Both the position numbers and the translations under genes were made by a program. Under the pieces are notes generated by a model that saw only the letters and a list, made by a program, of their open reading frames with translations, made no database searches and had not been told where the DNA came from. A stretch of DNA of 64,000 nucleotides from Eledone cirrhosa (lineage: Eukaryota). Positions 50,857-63,708 of the stretch are shown here, in pieces; the stretch's first letter is position 1, and each line of letters opens with the position of its first letter. The stretch is from NCBI GenBank assembly GCA_964016885.1, contig OZ024744.1, positions 91,450,001-91,514,000 of the forward strand. The letters run 5' to 3'.

Positions 50857-53800
50857 AGAGAGAGAGAAATAGATAAGTTTCTATTTATTGCCAAGAGGGC
50901 ACAAAAGAAGGGGACAAATACAAGGGGGGCGGGGGTTACATAAAAGAACGAGTAAAAAGCAAATAACAAATATAAAATTAACAATAAAGTCCTCAATAGG
51001 GAGGAGGCGTTTTTGGGCGTCGCACACACCCCTCCGAAAAAGTGTGCAACCTTTCTCCTCAGGAGCACAGAGAGAGAGAAGGTGCTCCCTTGTTCTTCCA
51101 TCTTTTCACCTACAGGCTGATATAGAGAGAAGGCCCATTCACACGAGCCATTCTTGCAACTTTTACCCACCTTTCATAAAACTGGCTGGGGTGGAGCACC
51201 TCTCTCTCCATCCTGATCCTTCTTCCGAAATGATATCGGAAGAAAAGAACCAGTTGTTGGCTGGAGAGAAAGGTGTCTGACCCCAGCCCTTTCTAACGCG
51301 TCCACCATACAACCTCTCTCACCATGGCTATTACGCACAGAAACACCGCCTCTCCTTCATTTTTGAAGGGGGGGGGGGTGCGGCTTGATCGTTATAATGG
51401 ACTCGGTGGTCAACCGGATTGGTCCCACCCGTGACAGCAGTCGTTCGACATAGCCCCACAGATCGGCGACACCCAAGCAGTGTACCAATGCATACGCGAT
51501 GGTTTCCTCATCACGCACGCATCTGGGACAGATCTTTTTCGAGGGGTCCCTACCTGGGCACCCGTGTCTGTAAAGCTTTTCTCGAATGGACAGAGCCCCT
51601 CGGTAACACTGCCAGGCCAGGGACCTCTGGGAGTTGTCCATAGGGCTAAATATCCAACCAAACAGGCTGGCCAGTTCGTCTTCCTCCATGCCTAGGGTTT
51701 CTCCGAGGGCGGTGTCGCACCTGCTGCGCAACAGCCCTCTATAGAATGTCGAAGTGCAGTCTCCACTGATAGCCGGGTTCGCCTGCCAGAGAGCATGGAG
51801 TGCCTGGGCACACTCGGTGTGCCAGGCGCCCATTTTTTATCGGTCTTTACTTGACCTAGGATTGCAGCTTGGTGAGTGAGACGAGTCTCGGAAAGGTTTG
51901 TCTCACAAACGGGGCCTACACCAGTTGACTGGTGAGGAATACCTGGAGGTGCCGTAGCCTTAATCCGTGTTTACGCATCAGCAGCCACGGAATCCCCAGC
52001 CCTCCTTTCGAAGGGTGTTGACAGCAGATGGATCTCTTCACCAAAGGAGCCCGCTTCTTCCAAAGGAATCGGAAGAGTGCGCGCTCCATTTTGGTGAGCG
52101 TTTCCCTTAGGCAAGGCACAACGGTCAAGCGGTAGTAGATGACAGATGCTATATAAGTATTCGCCACCTCTGCCCGACCTTTCAGGGAGAGTTTGCACTC
52201 AGCCCACTTCTGGGTCAGTGCAAACACCCTGTTCATTACCTCACCCCAGTTCTTCTCCACCTGGAGGTCTGGTCCGAACCAGACCCCGAGCAACTTCACC
52301 GGGCCCTCCGGCCAGCGTCCGACGATGCCATCGGAGCGCATCAGTTTGCGCTCCATGTGCCGAGTTGCAAACCGATCGACTTGTCCCGGTTCAGCTTAGC
52401 CCTTGTAAACTTTTCGTACTCCTCCAGTAAGGTGCTGATCACCCCGATTTCCGAGGTGGTCGACACCATTACTGTTACGTCATCGGTGTAGGCCGACACC
52501 GCTTTCCACAATCCTGGTTCCAAAGGGATGCCCTGCAACAACTCCAACTTCTGCAGCAGTGGCTCGAGGGCTAATACATACAGAAGGGAGGAGAGAGGAC
52601 ACCCTTGTCGGATGGACCACGTGATTTTGAACGGCTCCGAGAGGTAGCCGTTCACCTTGACTCTAGAGCAGATGCGGCTGCTGTGCATGGCAGTGATCCA
52701 GCCCCTGATTACAGGTCCGAAACCTGCTGCCGCTAGCACTGCATTCAGGTAACCATGGTCGACCCTATCGAACACCTTAGATTGATCCAAGTTGATCAGA
52801 GCCCCACCAAAGCCAGGTTCGTTCCCAAGCCTCTCTATGATGTATCGCATGAGGTGGAGGTTGTCGTGGATGGACCTGGACGGGATAGCACATGTCTGCG
52901 CATCTCCGACCGGGTTGCCCACGACAAGCGCCAACCTCTTTACTAACAAAATCTTTAACTCTGCATTTAGCAGAGTTATGGGCCTGAAATTACTTATTTC
53001 ATCCCCCTTGTTTTCGTCCTTCCTCGCTAGTGAGACTACGCCCTTGGTCACAGAACAGGGAATTCTCCCGTTCTGTTACCAGTTGCAGTAGACCGCCTCG
53101 AGAAGATTGGAGAACAAGTCTGGCATAGCTAGATATAGTTCGTATGGAAGACCATCGAAACCCGGGGATTTGCGTTTGCCGCATTGGCTCAGCACGTCCC
53201 CTATTTCAGCAGCTGAAATCGGCCCTTCGCAGGACTTCGCCTCCTCGTCTGAAAGATGCGGCAGGCTGTCGAGTTATGGACCGAAGTTCACATCCCCATC
53301 CGGCCCCCCCACCCCTCCTGAACAATCGGCCAAAGTGCCTTTGAAAGGCCTCACACATCTGCTTAGGTTCAAGGATCACCCGTCCATCCTGGTCTCGCAA
53401 AGACCAGATAGTGGATCTAATCCCATTTTGGCTTCTGTCATGCGGTCCCAGCTAATAGCTTTGGTCGCCTCATTTCCTAGAACACGTAATTTGCTTCGGC
53501 CAACGCAGTCTTCGTGATTCGCGTCAAAGAACTGGCCCAAGGCCGTTCTCGATGCTAGTACTCTGGCCACATCACTGCTTCTAATTGCCTCTACTACACT
53601 ATCTACCAACTCCCTTTCCTTCCTATTTCTATCTGAGGCTAGCTCCTTACTAAATCATATTGAAGCTACTTTAATCTCTCTTTTGAGAGATCCCACCACC
53701 TGCTGTTGACGATCGCTCCCGTCAACCGCTCCTTAACTAAAGTACTAATCCGGTCCCTGTACACTTTACTTGTCGGTAAGGACAAGTTCAGTTTCCAGTA

Positions 53801-55030
53801 ACCGGGTCCCTGCCTATCAAGGGTTCTATCAAGGTTGACTATGCAGGTCACTAATTTGTGATCCAAGTAGCCAACCATGAGCATCACTGGACAGCTTAAA
53901 AGGTCCCTATCCTTATTTCTAACTAGGACCCTATCTAGGTATGACCTAGATGATCCACTGTGGTTTGCCCAAGTCCAGGTTGGCGCAGTCGGATAATCAA
54001 GTCGATATCTATCGGCCAGGTCAAATCGCCCGATTAACCCCTTGAGGTTGTTACACCCCCCCTCTATCGGGACATGCCCCTACATAGTCCCAACGTGCAT
54101 CCATTAACCATTCCAGTCCCCCACTAAAAGCAAGGAGTGGGACGTCCCCAGAAAAGTCTCCAGACATTGGAAGAAGTCTGGCCGCGCTGACCCAAAAGGG
54201 GCATAGTCAGCGACCAGCCTAAAGGCTCCACCTTCACTGCCAATGTCTAAGACCACCAGTCGACCCTCCGGGTCCAGGTGTACCGTCTGTGTGGCGAGAC
54301 CCAGATGTTTTTGCAGCAGAATGACAACCCCACCCCCACCTCCAGGCTGACGGAGAGATGCGTGCATCTCAAAGTCATCAAAGGTGGGGGCTAGTTGGCG
54401 CACGCTGCTGATCCGGGTCTCGCTTTGTGGTGACACTATAGGTGCCACAGAGCATTTTCGAGCCAGCATTTGGTCCTTCATTCGGACCATAATGCTGGCA
54501 TAAAGCTTTCATCTTTCAATAAAGAGTATGTCTTTTTAATGTCTTTCAGAACCAGCTCAATTTGACTTTCTGTCAATTGAGTTGGTTTTCTTGTTGCATT
54601 GGATATAGTCCTGAAAGTTATAGTATTCCTATATGCCTGTTGATGTACTTCTTCTAGGGAGTTTATCGTAAAAGAACCATCCTCCCCAAAAGATACGTAT
54701 TTTCTGGCATTTAATAAGTTTTGCTTAGCGTTAGTAATGTCTATGGGTTTGTATTCAATTGTTTTTTTTACTGTTTGGGCAAAAGAAATTTTGCTGTTTT
54801 TGTTGTTTTCGTTTCGTTCATTGTTGCTTGTTGTTGCAATGTTGTTGGTTTTATTAATTCCATTTGTTGTGGTATTTTTATCCATTATCTTTTTCAAAAT
54901 TTGGGTTTTCACTCAAATTAACAGACTTTTTCACAGTGTTTTTTTCATTCGAGAGGAGGGGGTAGTTCAACAGTTTAAATTGTTGTTCCCTCTTTCTTAC
55001 TTTCTTTGGTGGGCGTGGCGTTAGCTTGCA
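50857..55030 (-). mobile_element. L1/Tx1-clade non-LTR retrotransposon, decayed (ORF1 piece, AP endonuclease, RT, zinc knuckle)
   Basis: EN: SETRI, LLVGDWN, DHKLV, GPGYWKLN; RT: FRPITLLN, LDQSKVFDRVDH, IRQGCPLS, AYTDDVT, KLLGVWF; C-terminus CPRC..DEET; 3' AATAAA; many frameshifts. Confidence 0.92.
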
Positions 55031-55044
55031 ATATGGCTTCATGA

Positions 55045-55830
55045 AACGAGGGAGATTTGGCTACTATTTCTAGCAGGTCAAACAACAATGTAAAAGTTCC
55101 TCCCCTTGGCTTGGTGGTAGTAACTATAAGAGTATGAATCGAGGGAGATTTGGCTGCTATTTCTTTTGAGTCAAGCGACCATGTAGAAGCTCTCTCCTTG
55201 GTTTGGTGGTAGTAACTATAAAAGTATGAACCGAGGGAGATTTGGCTGGTATTTCTAGCAGATCAAGTGACCATGTAGAAGTTCCTTCTTTGGCTTGATG
55301 GAAGTAACTATAAGAGTATGAATAGAGGAAGATTTGGCTGCTATTTCTAGCAGGTCAAGTGACCATTTAGAATTTCTCCTTGGCTTTGTGGTAGTAACTA
55401 TAAAAGTATGTATGATTCATGGGAGATGTGGCTGATATTTCTAGCAGATCAAGTGACCATGTAGAAGGTCTTTCCTTGGTTTGGTGGTAGTACCTATGAG
55501 TGTGAATCGAAGGAGATTTGACTGCTATTTCTAGCGGATCAGCGACCATGTAGAAGTTCCTTCTATGGCTTGGTGGTAGTAACTATAAAAGAATGAATCG
55601 AAGGAGATTTGGCTGCTATTTCTAGCAGATCAAGCGACCATGTAGAACTTCCTTCTATGGCTTGGTGGTAGTAACTATTAAAGTATGATTTTTGAGGGAG
55701 ATTTAGCCACTATTTCCAGCAGATCAAGCGACCATGTAGAAGCTCCTTCCTTGGCCAGGTGACTATGAGTATGAATCGAGAGAGATTTGGCTGCTATTTC
55801 TAGTGGGTCAAATAACCATGTAGAAGCTTG
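55045..55830 (+). repeat. ~92-bp tandem array, ~9 copies
   Basis: gagatttggctgctatttctagcag...gaccatgtagaag...ggtagtaactataa recurring; related pair at 39825-39950. Confidence 0.9.
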
Positions 55831-55989
55831 GCTTATATAATAGAGTATGACAGAGTGTTTGGGTGGTAGTAATGCTTATATGTGGTGCTGGTGGTAGTGG
55901 CCTAGTGTATATGTATGGGTGTGGTCAAGGCAAGAGTGTGTTGGTTATAAGATACTGTGATTTCATGTTGCTCTAGTCCACTCAACTGG

Positions 55990-57360
55990 ACAAAAATAAG
56001 TTACACCTGTAATTCAAATGATCAAACACACACACTGTGTCACGCTGAATCTCCCTGAGAACTATGTTAAAGGTACATGTGGAATACTCAACCACTTAAA
56101 CTATAATGATTTCTACTATAGGTACAAGGCCATCAATTTGGGGAGAGGGGGAAAGTTGATTAAATCAACCCCAGTACATTACTGGTACTTTATTTTATCG
56201 ACCCCATAAGGATGAAAGACAAAGCTAACCTCGGTGGGATTTGAACTCAGACTGTAAAGGATTTGAACTCAGACTAAAGGGCCATAACTCTATTCTACAA
56301 AGCATCGTGTCTGACGTTCTACTGAATCTGCTAATCCACAGCCACTTAAACTACCATACAACATTGACTCTACCTGTAATTCAAAAGGTCAACCTTGTCA
56401 CACACTGTGTTACACTGTGTCACACTGAATCTCTCTGAGAACTATGTTAAAGGTACACATGTCTGTGGAATACTCAGCCACTTACAATAATAATTGTTTC
56501 TACTTTTGGCACAAGGCCAGCAATTATGCCAGTGTATTACTGGTACTTTATTTTACCGACCCCGTAAGGATGAAAGGTAAAGTTAACCTTGGCGGAATTT
56601 GAACTCAGAATGGCAAGGGCCGCAACTCTATGCGTCAAAGCATGGCGTCCGACCCTCTACCGATACTGCCAATCCACCGCCTTTTCACTATAATACAACA
56701 TAGGCTGTATCTGTAATTCAAAGGGCCAACCGTGTCACACACTGTGTCATACTGAATCTCCCTGAGAATTACATTGTGGGTACAGATAGGTTAAAGGTAT
56801 ATATGTCTGTGGAATACTCAGCCACTTACACTATAATACAACATAGACTGTACCTGTAATTCAACAGGGCTAACCTTCTCACACACTGTGTTATACTGAA
56901 TCTCCCTGAGAATTACATTGTGGGTACAGATAGGTTAAAGGTATATATGTCTGTGGAATACTCAGCCACTTACACTATAATACAACATAGACTGTACCTG
57001 TAATTCAACAGGGCTAACCTTCTCACACACTGTGTTATACTGAATCTCCCTGAGAATTACATTGTGGGTACAAATGTTTGTGGAATACTCAACCACTTAA
57101 ACGATAACACATGAACTGTATCTGAAATTCAAATAGTCAACCTTGCTACACATACACAGTGTGTCATGCTGAATCTCCCTGAGAGATAGGTTAAGGTTAA
57201 GGGGATACATGTCTGTTGAATACTCAACCACTTACACTAATATAGTACAGCATTGACTGTACCTGTAATTCAACAGGGCTAACCTTGTCACTGACTGTGT
57301 TATGCTGAATCTCCCTGAGAACAACATTAATGGTACATGTTTCTGTGGAGTGCTCGGCCA
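55990..57360 (+). repeat. ~120-145-bp tandem array of a SINE-like body, interrupted by two SINE-B insertions
   Basis: cctgtaattcaa...ctgaatctccctgaga...tgtggaatactcagccactt recurs about 7 times; CORE-like remnant upstream at 55930-55990. Confidence 0.85.
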
Positions 57361-57501
57361 CTGGCACGAAAGACAGAAAGAAAGAAGGAGGAAAGAAGGA
57401 AAGAGGGAGAGATAAAAATGAATGAGGGGAGGAGAGAGAAAAAAGAAAAACAAAAGAAAGAGAGGAAGGAATGAAGGACAGAGTGAGAAAAAATAATGAA
57501 T

Positions 57502-57555
<54 letters not shown>

Positions 57556-58361
57556 CAGAAAGAAGTAAGGAAGGAAGGAAATAGAGAAAGAGAAAAGAAG
57601 AAAGAAAGAAGTAAGGAAAAAGAGAGTGAGAAAAAGAATGAAGGAAAGAGAGAGAGAAGAATGAAATCCAAAAAAAACCGAGGGAAAGAAGTAAGGAATG
57701 AAGGAAAGAGAGAAAAAGAAAATAACAAAAGAAAGAAAAAGGAATGAATGAAGGAAAGAGAGAGAGAGAGAGAAGAGAGAAAATGAAAGAAAAAAAATAA
57801 GGAAGTAAGGAAGGAAAGAGAGAAAGAGAAAAGAAGAAAGAATGAAAGACAGACAAAGAAAGAAAGAAAGAATTAAGAAAAAAAAATAGAGAGGGAAAGA
57901 TAGAAAGAAAGAAAGAGCAAGAAAGAGAGGAAGAAAGAAGACAACTAGAGACATAAAAATGGACCAGAATCTCTTGTGATTCTTCTGATAATTCTCTGAG
58001 ATGAGATATGAAGACCAAACGCTGCCTTAGATTTTTATGAATAACATAATCTTCTCTCACACACTCCCTCTCTCCCTTCCCCCTCCCTCTCTCCCTTTCA
58101 CTCAATCTCTTTCACACAATCCTCCCCTTTTCCACATCCCTCTCTCTCTTTCACTACCTCTCTATATTTATGTATCTGTCTATCTATCAATCAGTTTCTG
58201 TCTCTCATTATTTCTTCCCCCCCCCCCTCTTTCTCTATCTATCTATATCGCTCTCTCTCTAAATATATACATTCACACCTATACATATATATATATGCAT
58301 ATATATATATATATACAGACAAACACATGTATACATATAAATACATTCACACATACACACG

Positions 58362-58408
<47 letters not shown>

Positions 58409-58419
58409 GATATATTAAC

Positions 58420-58560
58420 AAATGGAAACTATATTTATAAAACCATATTTATTTCATTATACATATTTCAAGGACACCAAGTTAAATTATGATGTGCTTT
58501 CATCAGATAAAATATAATATAGAGCAGTTTTATAAATAAATATTGACATACCTTTAAAGA
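58420..58560 (-). ncRNA. Family F1 element with hammerhead (core 58450-58514)
   Basis: Minus strand: tattttat CTGATGA aagcacatca...tggtgtcctt GAAA tatgta TA atgaaata; homologous to 34174-34300. Confidence 0.75.
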
Positions 58561-58591
58561 ATGCAGCCATTACTGTTGGAAGCTATATATA

Positions 58592-59184
58592 TCATCATCA
58601 TCATCATTTTACATCTGCTTTTCCCTGCTAGCAGGGGTTAGACAGGTTGTCCTGTTGTGGGCAGTGTCCGGTTGGCTGACCTTGTCTTGCTCATACAGGA
58701 ACTGATTCTGGCTTGATTTCTACAGCTGGATGCCCTTCTTAACACCAACCTCATTTACAGTGTGGGCTGGGTGCTTTTTTACTGTGGCGCCTACATGCCC
58801 ACTTTACAGTGTAGGCTGGGTGCTTTTTTTCCGTGGCACCTCCACGTCCACTTTACAGTGTGGGCTGGGTGCTTTTTTTCCGTGGCACCTCCACGTCCAC
58901 TTTACAGTGTGGGCTGGGTGCTTTTTTTCTGTGGCACCTCCACGTCCACTTTACAGTGTGGGCTGGGTGCTTTTTTTTGCCGTGGCACCTCCACGACCAC
59001 TTTGCAGTGGAATGATAGGGACCCCACCCCAGTCCCTATCATCTCATTTCTACAGCTGAGTAAACTGGAGCAATGTGAAATAACGTGTCTTGCTCAAGGA
59101 AACAACACATCGCCCAGTCTGAGAATTGAACTCACAACCTTTCGATTGCAAGGCCAATGCTCTAACCACTAAGCCATGTGCCTC
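58592..59184 (-). mobile_element. Composite SINE with ~50-bp internal tandem expansion
   Basis: Same head and CORE-like segment as 3213-3552; unit tccactttacagtgtgggctgggtgct repeated. Confidence 0.85.
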
Positions 59185-59374
59185 CGTAAGGATGAAGACC
59201 AAACGCTGCCTAAGATTTTTATGAATAACATAATCTTCTCTCACACACTCCCTCTCTCCCTTCCCCCTCCCTCTTTCCCTTCCTCTCCCTCTTTCCCTCC
59301 CCCTCCCTCTTTCCCTTTCACTCAATCTCTTTCACTCAATCTTCCCCTTTTCCCCATCCCTATATATATGTATA

Positions 59375-59481
<107 letters not shown>

Positions 59482-59792
59482 GTATATATATACATACAAT
59501 ATGCCCACCTGTCCCCCCCCCCCCATCATGTTCCAGAGATCTGCTGTGACCTTTGATTTTCGTGATCTTTACCTTGTGACCTTCTTACATAGACAACTTC
59601 CTTCTTCTTATTTATCATTTCCATTTCTTGAAGAATTTCATCTTTTTTGCTTTTCAAAAATTCCTTTGATTGATGTCAATTCATATCCAAACTTTATTTA
59701 TTTATTTATCTATTTATTTGTTTATTTATTTATTTGTTTATTTAGTTATTTTATTTATTTATCTATTTATTTTAGAATATGTATGTTTGTGT

Positions 59793-59833
<41 letters not shown>

Positions 59834-60079
59834 TGTGTGTGTGTCAGTGTGTGTGTGTCAGTGGGTGCATATATGTGAATGTGGACATATGTGTATGTAT
59901 GTATGTGTGTGTATGTGTGTGTGTATGTATGTATGTATGTATGTATGTATGTATGGATGGGTGTGTGTGTGTGTATATATGTGTGTGTATGTATGTATTT
60001 ATGTATTTATGTATATATGTATTTATTTATGTATGTATGTGTGTATGTATGTATGTATGTATGTATGTGGTAAATATCA

Positions 60080-60366
60080 TCTTGGTTAAGAGAGTGGGAC
60101 TGGCTTTGTGCAGTGCCTTTGCTCACTATAAAAGCTTCACGGCACAGGCATTGCTTTATATCTGGAGATCTCTCTGCACTTGTCGTCACATGGTACCATG
60201 GGCCCAGCACTATGTGTCAATAATTGTCACAGGTGTAGTGTTTGTACCAGAGTTTTCAAGTCGCTGGCTGGACTAAAAAGTCACACTCGTTCAGCGCATC
60301 GGTAGGGGTTCTCCTACATGGATATGAAGTAGTGGCCGTACTCGAAAACGAGTTGGCAGCCACCAT
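60080..60366 (+). mobile_element. Probable RTE-type LINE 3' end with terminal C2H2 finger
   Basis: Manual translation 60228-60305: HRCSVCTRVFKSLAGLKSHTRSAHR*, short UTR, then (TA)n. Confidence 0.6.
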
Positions 60367-60464
60367 GTATATATATATATATGTATTTATCTATGTATGT
60401 TTATTTTTGTATTATGGTGTATATGTGTTTGTAATGGAGAGTATACATACTTATACACACACAT

Positions 60465-60500
<36 letters not shown>

Positions 60501-60999
60501 TCCCACATACACATATATACGCATATATGTGTATAAATGTATGTGTGTGTGTATGAATGTATCTATTGACCTGTGTATGCATATATGTGTGTGTATCTAT
60601 GAATATGTATCTGCATGTGTATAAGAGTGTATATATGTGTGTGTGTTTGTGCATGTGTTTGTATGTGTTTATGTACCACATGTTTTTTTAAAACTCCATG
60701 ATTTAAAAAAATAATTATTCATTCACTCATTCGCTTTTTTTTTCATTGTCTCATTCCTACCTCTATTCACTCATCCTCTCATTCTTCATTCATTCATACA
60801 CGCATTCTTCATTCATTCACTCACATTCCTACCTTCACTCATTCATTCCTAGCTCCATTTATTCATGTCTTCCTTCATTTCTTCCTTCCTTTATCTATTC
60901 ATTCACTCATTCACTTATTCCTTCCTTCACTCCTTCATTCATTCATTTCTTCATTCATTCCTTCCTTCATCCATTCCTTAATCCATTCCTTCCTTCATC

Positions 61000-61255
61000 C
61001 ATTCCTTTACTCATTCTTCTTTCACCCACTCAATCATCAATCTTTCACTCATTCATTCCTTTACTCATTCTTCTTTCACCCACTCAATCATCAATCTTTC
61101 ACTCATTCATTCCTTCACTCATTCCTTTACTCATTCTTCTTTCACCCACTCAATCATCAATCTTTCACTCATTCATTCCTTCACTCATTCCTTTACTCAT
61201 TCTTCTTTCACCCACTCAATCATCAATCTTTCACTCATTCATTCCTTCACTCATT
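61000..61255. repeat. 52-64-bp minisatellite, 4 copies, within a (CATT)n-rich tract
   Basis: attcctttactcattcttctttcacccactcaatcatcaatctttcactc repeated. Confidence 0.85.
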
Positions 61256-61797
61256 CATACTCATTTTGACCTTCCTTCCTTCCTTCACTCACTCCTTCAC
61301 TCATTCATTTCTTCCTTCCTTCAGTCATTTATTTCTTCATTCATTCCTTCACTCATTCACTCACTTATTCACTTATCAATGTATTTAATTACTTATGTAT
61401 TTGCTCTTTCATTTACTCATTCATTTACTTATTCGAGGGCGGGCATATCAAAAACCAAAAAAACCAAAACCAAAACATGTTCACATTTTCAGCACTTGCC
61501 TGATGCCAACACATTAAATATTACATAAAGACATTCTATTGCCTTTGAAATATACATAGCAGGCGTGATGTAAGAAAATAAACTGAAGTTGAATATGTAA
61601 AACCGTCTCTTAATATATATGATAAAATGCACCCAGTCACTCTGTAAAGTGGTAATACTGGTGCCATAATAAAACACACCTGGTGCTATGATAAAATGCA
61701 TTCAGTCCACACTGTAAAGTGGTAGTATTGGTACCGTGATAAAAAAACACCCAGTCCACTCTGTAAAGTTGTGCTGATGCCTGGAGGCGCTGGTAGC

Positions 61798-62635
61798 AGT
61801 GATGATGATGTTGGTGGTGAAGATGATGATAATGAAGAGGATGGTGATGGTGGAAGTGATGATGATGATAGCGGTAGTGGTAGCTGTAGTGGTGGTGGTG
61901 GTGGTGGTGGTGGTGGTGGTGGTGATGAGGATGAAGAGTATGAGGAGGAGGATGGTGGTGACAGTGATGATGACGATGGTAGTGGTAGCTGTGGTGGTGG
62001 TGGTGGTGAGGGAGAGCAGAGGAGTATGAGAAGGAGGAGGATGGTGGTGTTGGCAGTGATGATGATGATGATGGCGGTAGTGGTAGCTGTGGTGGTGGTG
62101 GTGGTGAGGGAGAGCAGAGGAGTATGAGAAGGAGGAGGAGGAGGATGGTGGTGTTGGCAGTGATGATGATGATGGTGGTAGTGGTAGCTGTGGTGGTGGT
62201 GGTGGTGGTGGTGGTGAGGGAGAGCAGAGGAGTATGAGAAGAAGGAGGAGGATGGTGGTGTTGGCAGTGATGATGATGATGGTGGCAGTAGTGGTAGCTG
62301 TGGTGGTGGTGGTGAGGGAGAGCAGAGGAGTATGAGAAGAAGGAGGAGGATGGTGGTGTTGGCAGTGATGATGATGATGATGGCAGTAGTGGTAGCTGTG
62401 GTGGTGGTGGTGGTGGTGAGGGAGAGAGCAGAGGAGTATGAGAAGAAGGAGGAGGATGGTGGTGTTGGCAGTGATGATGATGATGATGGCAGTAGTGGTA
62501 GCTGTGGTGGTGGTGGTGGTGGTGGTGAGGGAGAGAGCAGAGGAGTATGAGAAGAAGGAGGAGGATGGTGGTGTTGACAGTGATGATGATGATGGCGGTG
62601 GCAATGGCAGCAGTAGCTGTGGTGGTGGTGGTGCT
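61798..62635. repeat. ~100-bp higher-order repeat built from GGT/GAT/GAG triplets
   Basis: gagggagagcagaggagtatgagaag...gtgttggcagtgatgatg...gtagctgt(ggt)n about 6 times. Confidence 0.88.
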
Positions 62636-62744
62636 GAACAGTCATGTATAAATTCATATCCATGTGTGTCAGGTTCACTGTGAAGTTACCCCTCCCTTCT
62701 CACCCACCCTGCACTCATAGTTCCACTGTGGGGTTGTTTCTTTC

Positions 62745-63708
62745 TACAAGATACTCTCATGGAATGACCAAATGAGGTTTATTTTTCAACATAGTCCCTG
62801 GAAAGAAACAATGTCGTTATTAATAAGAAGAGTTGAAATTAATACATGCACGATTTCACAGCTTTAGCATCACTCATTTATAGGCTGACCAAGATACTCT
62901 CATGGAATGTCTAAATGAGGTTTATTTTTCAACATAGTCCCTGGAAAGAAACAATGCAGTTATTAATAAGAAGAGTGTAAATTAATGCATTACATGCAAA
63001 GATTTCACAGCTCTAGCATCACTCCTTCATAATCAGCTTATGGACTTTTCAGTTGACCCTGGAAAGAAACAATGTAGTTATTAATAAGAAGAGTGTAAAT
63101 TAATGCATTACATGCAAAAATTTCACAGCTCTAGCATCACTCTTTCATAGGTTGATCAAGATACTCTCATGAAATGACCAAATGAGGTTTATTTTTCAAC
63201 ATAGTCCCTGGGAAGAAACAATGTAGTTATTAATAAGAAGAGTTGAAATTAATACATGCACGATTTCACAGCTTTAGCATCACTCATTTATAGGCTGACC
63301 AAGATACTCTCATGGAATGTCTAAATGAGGTTTATTTTTCAACATAGTCCCTGGAAAGAAACAATGTAGTTATTAATAAGAAGAGTTGAAATTAATGCAT
63401 TACATGCAAAGATTTCACAGCCCTAGCATCACTCCTTCACAATCAGCTTATGGACTTTTCAGTTGACTCCCGAAAGAAACAATGTAGTTATTAATAAGAA
63501 AAGTTGAAATTAATGCATTACATGCAAAGATTTCACAGCTCTAGCATCACTCCTTCACAATCAGCTTATGGACTTTTCAGTTGACCCTGGAAAGAAACAA
63601 TGTAGTTATTAATAAGAAGAGTGTAAATTAATGCATTACATGCAAAGATTTCACAGCTCTAGCATCACTCCTTCACAATCAGCCTATGAACTCTTCAGTT
63701 GACCCTCA
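62745..63708 (-). repeat. Tandem array of the mariner-MITE internal unit
   Basis: About 7 partial or full units of gaaagaaacaatg...gatttcacagctctagcatcactcc; internal TIR copies acttttcagttgaccc. Confidence 0.88.
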
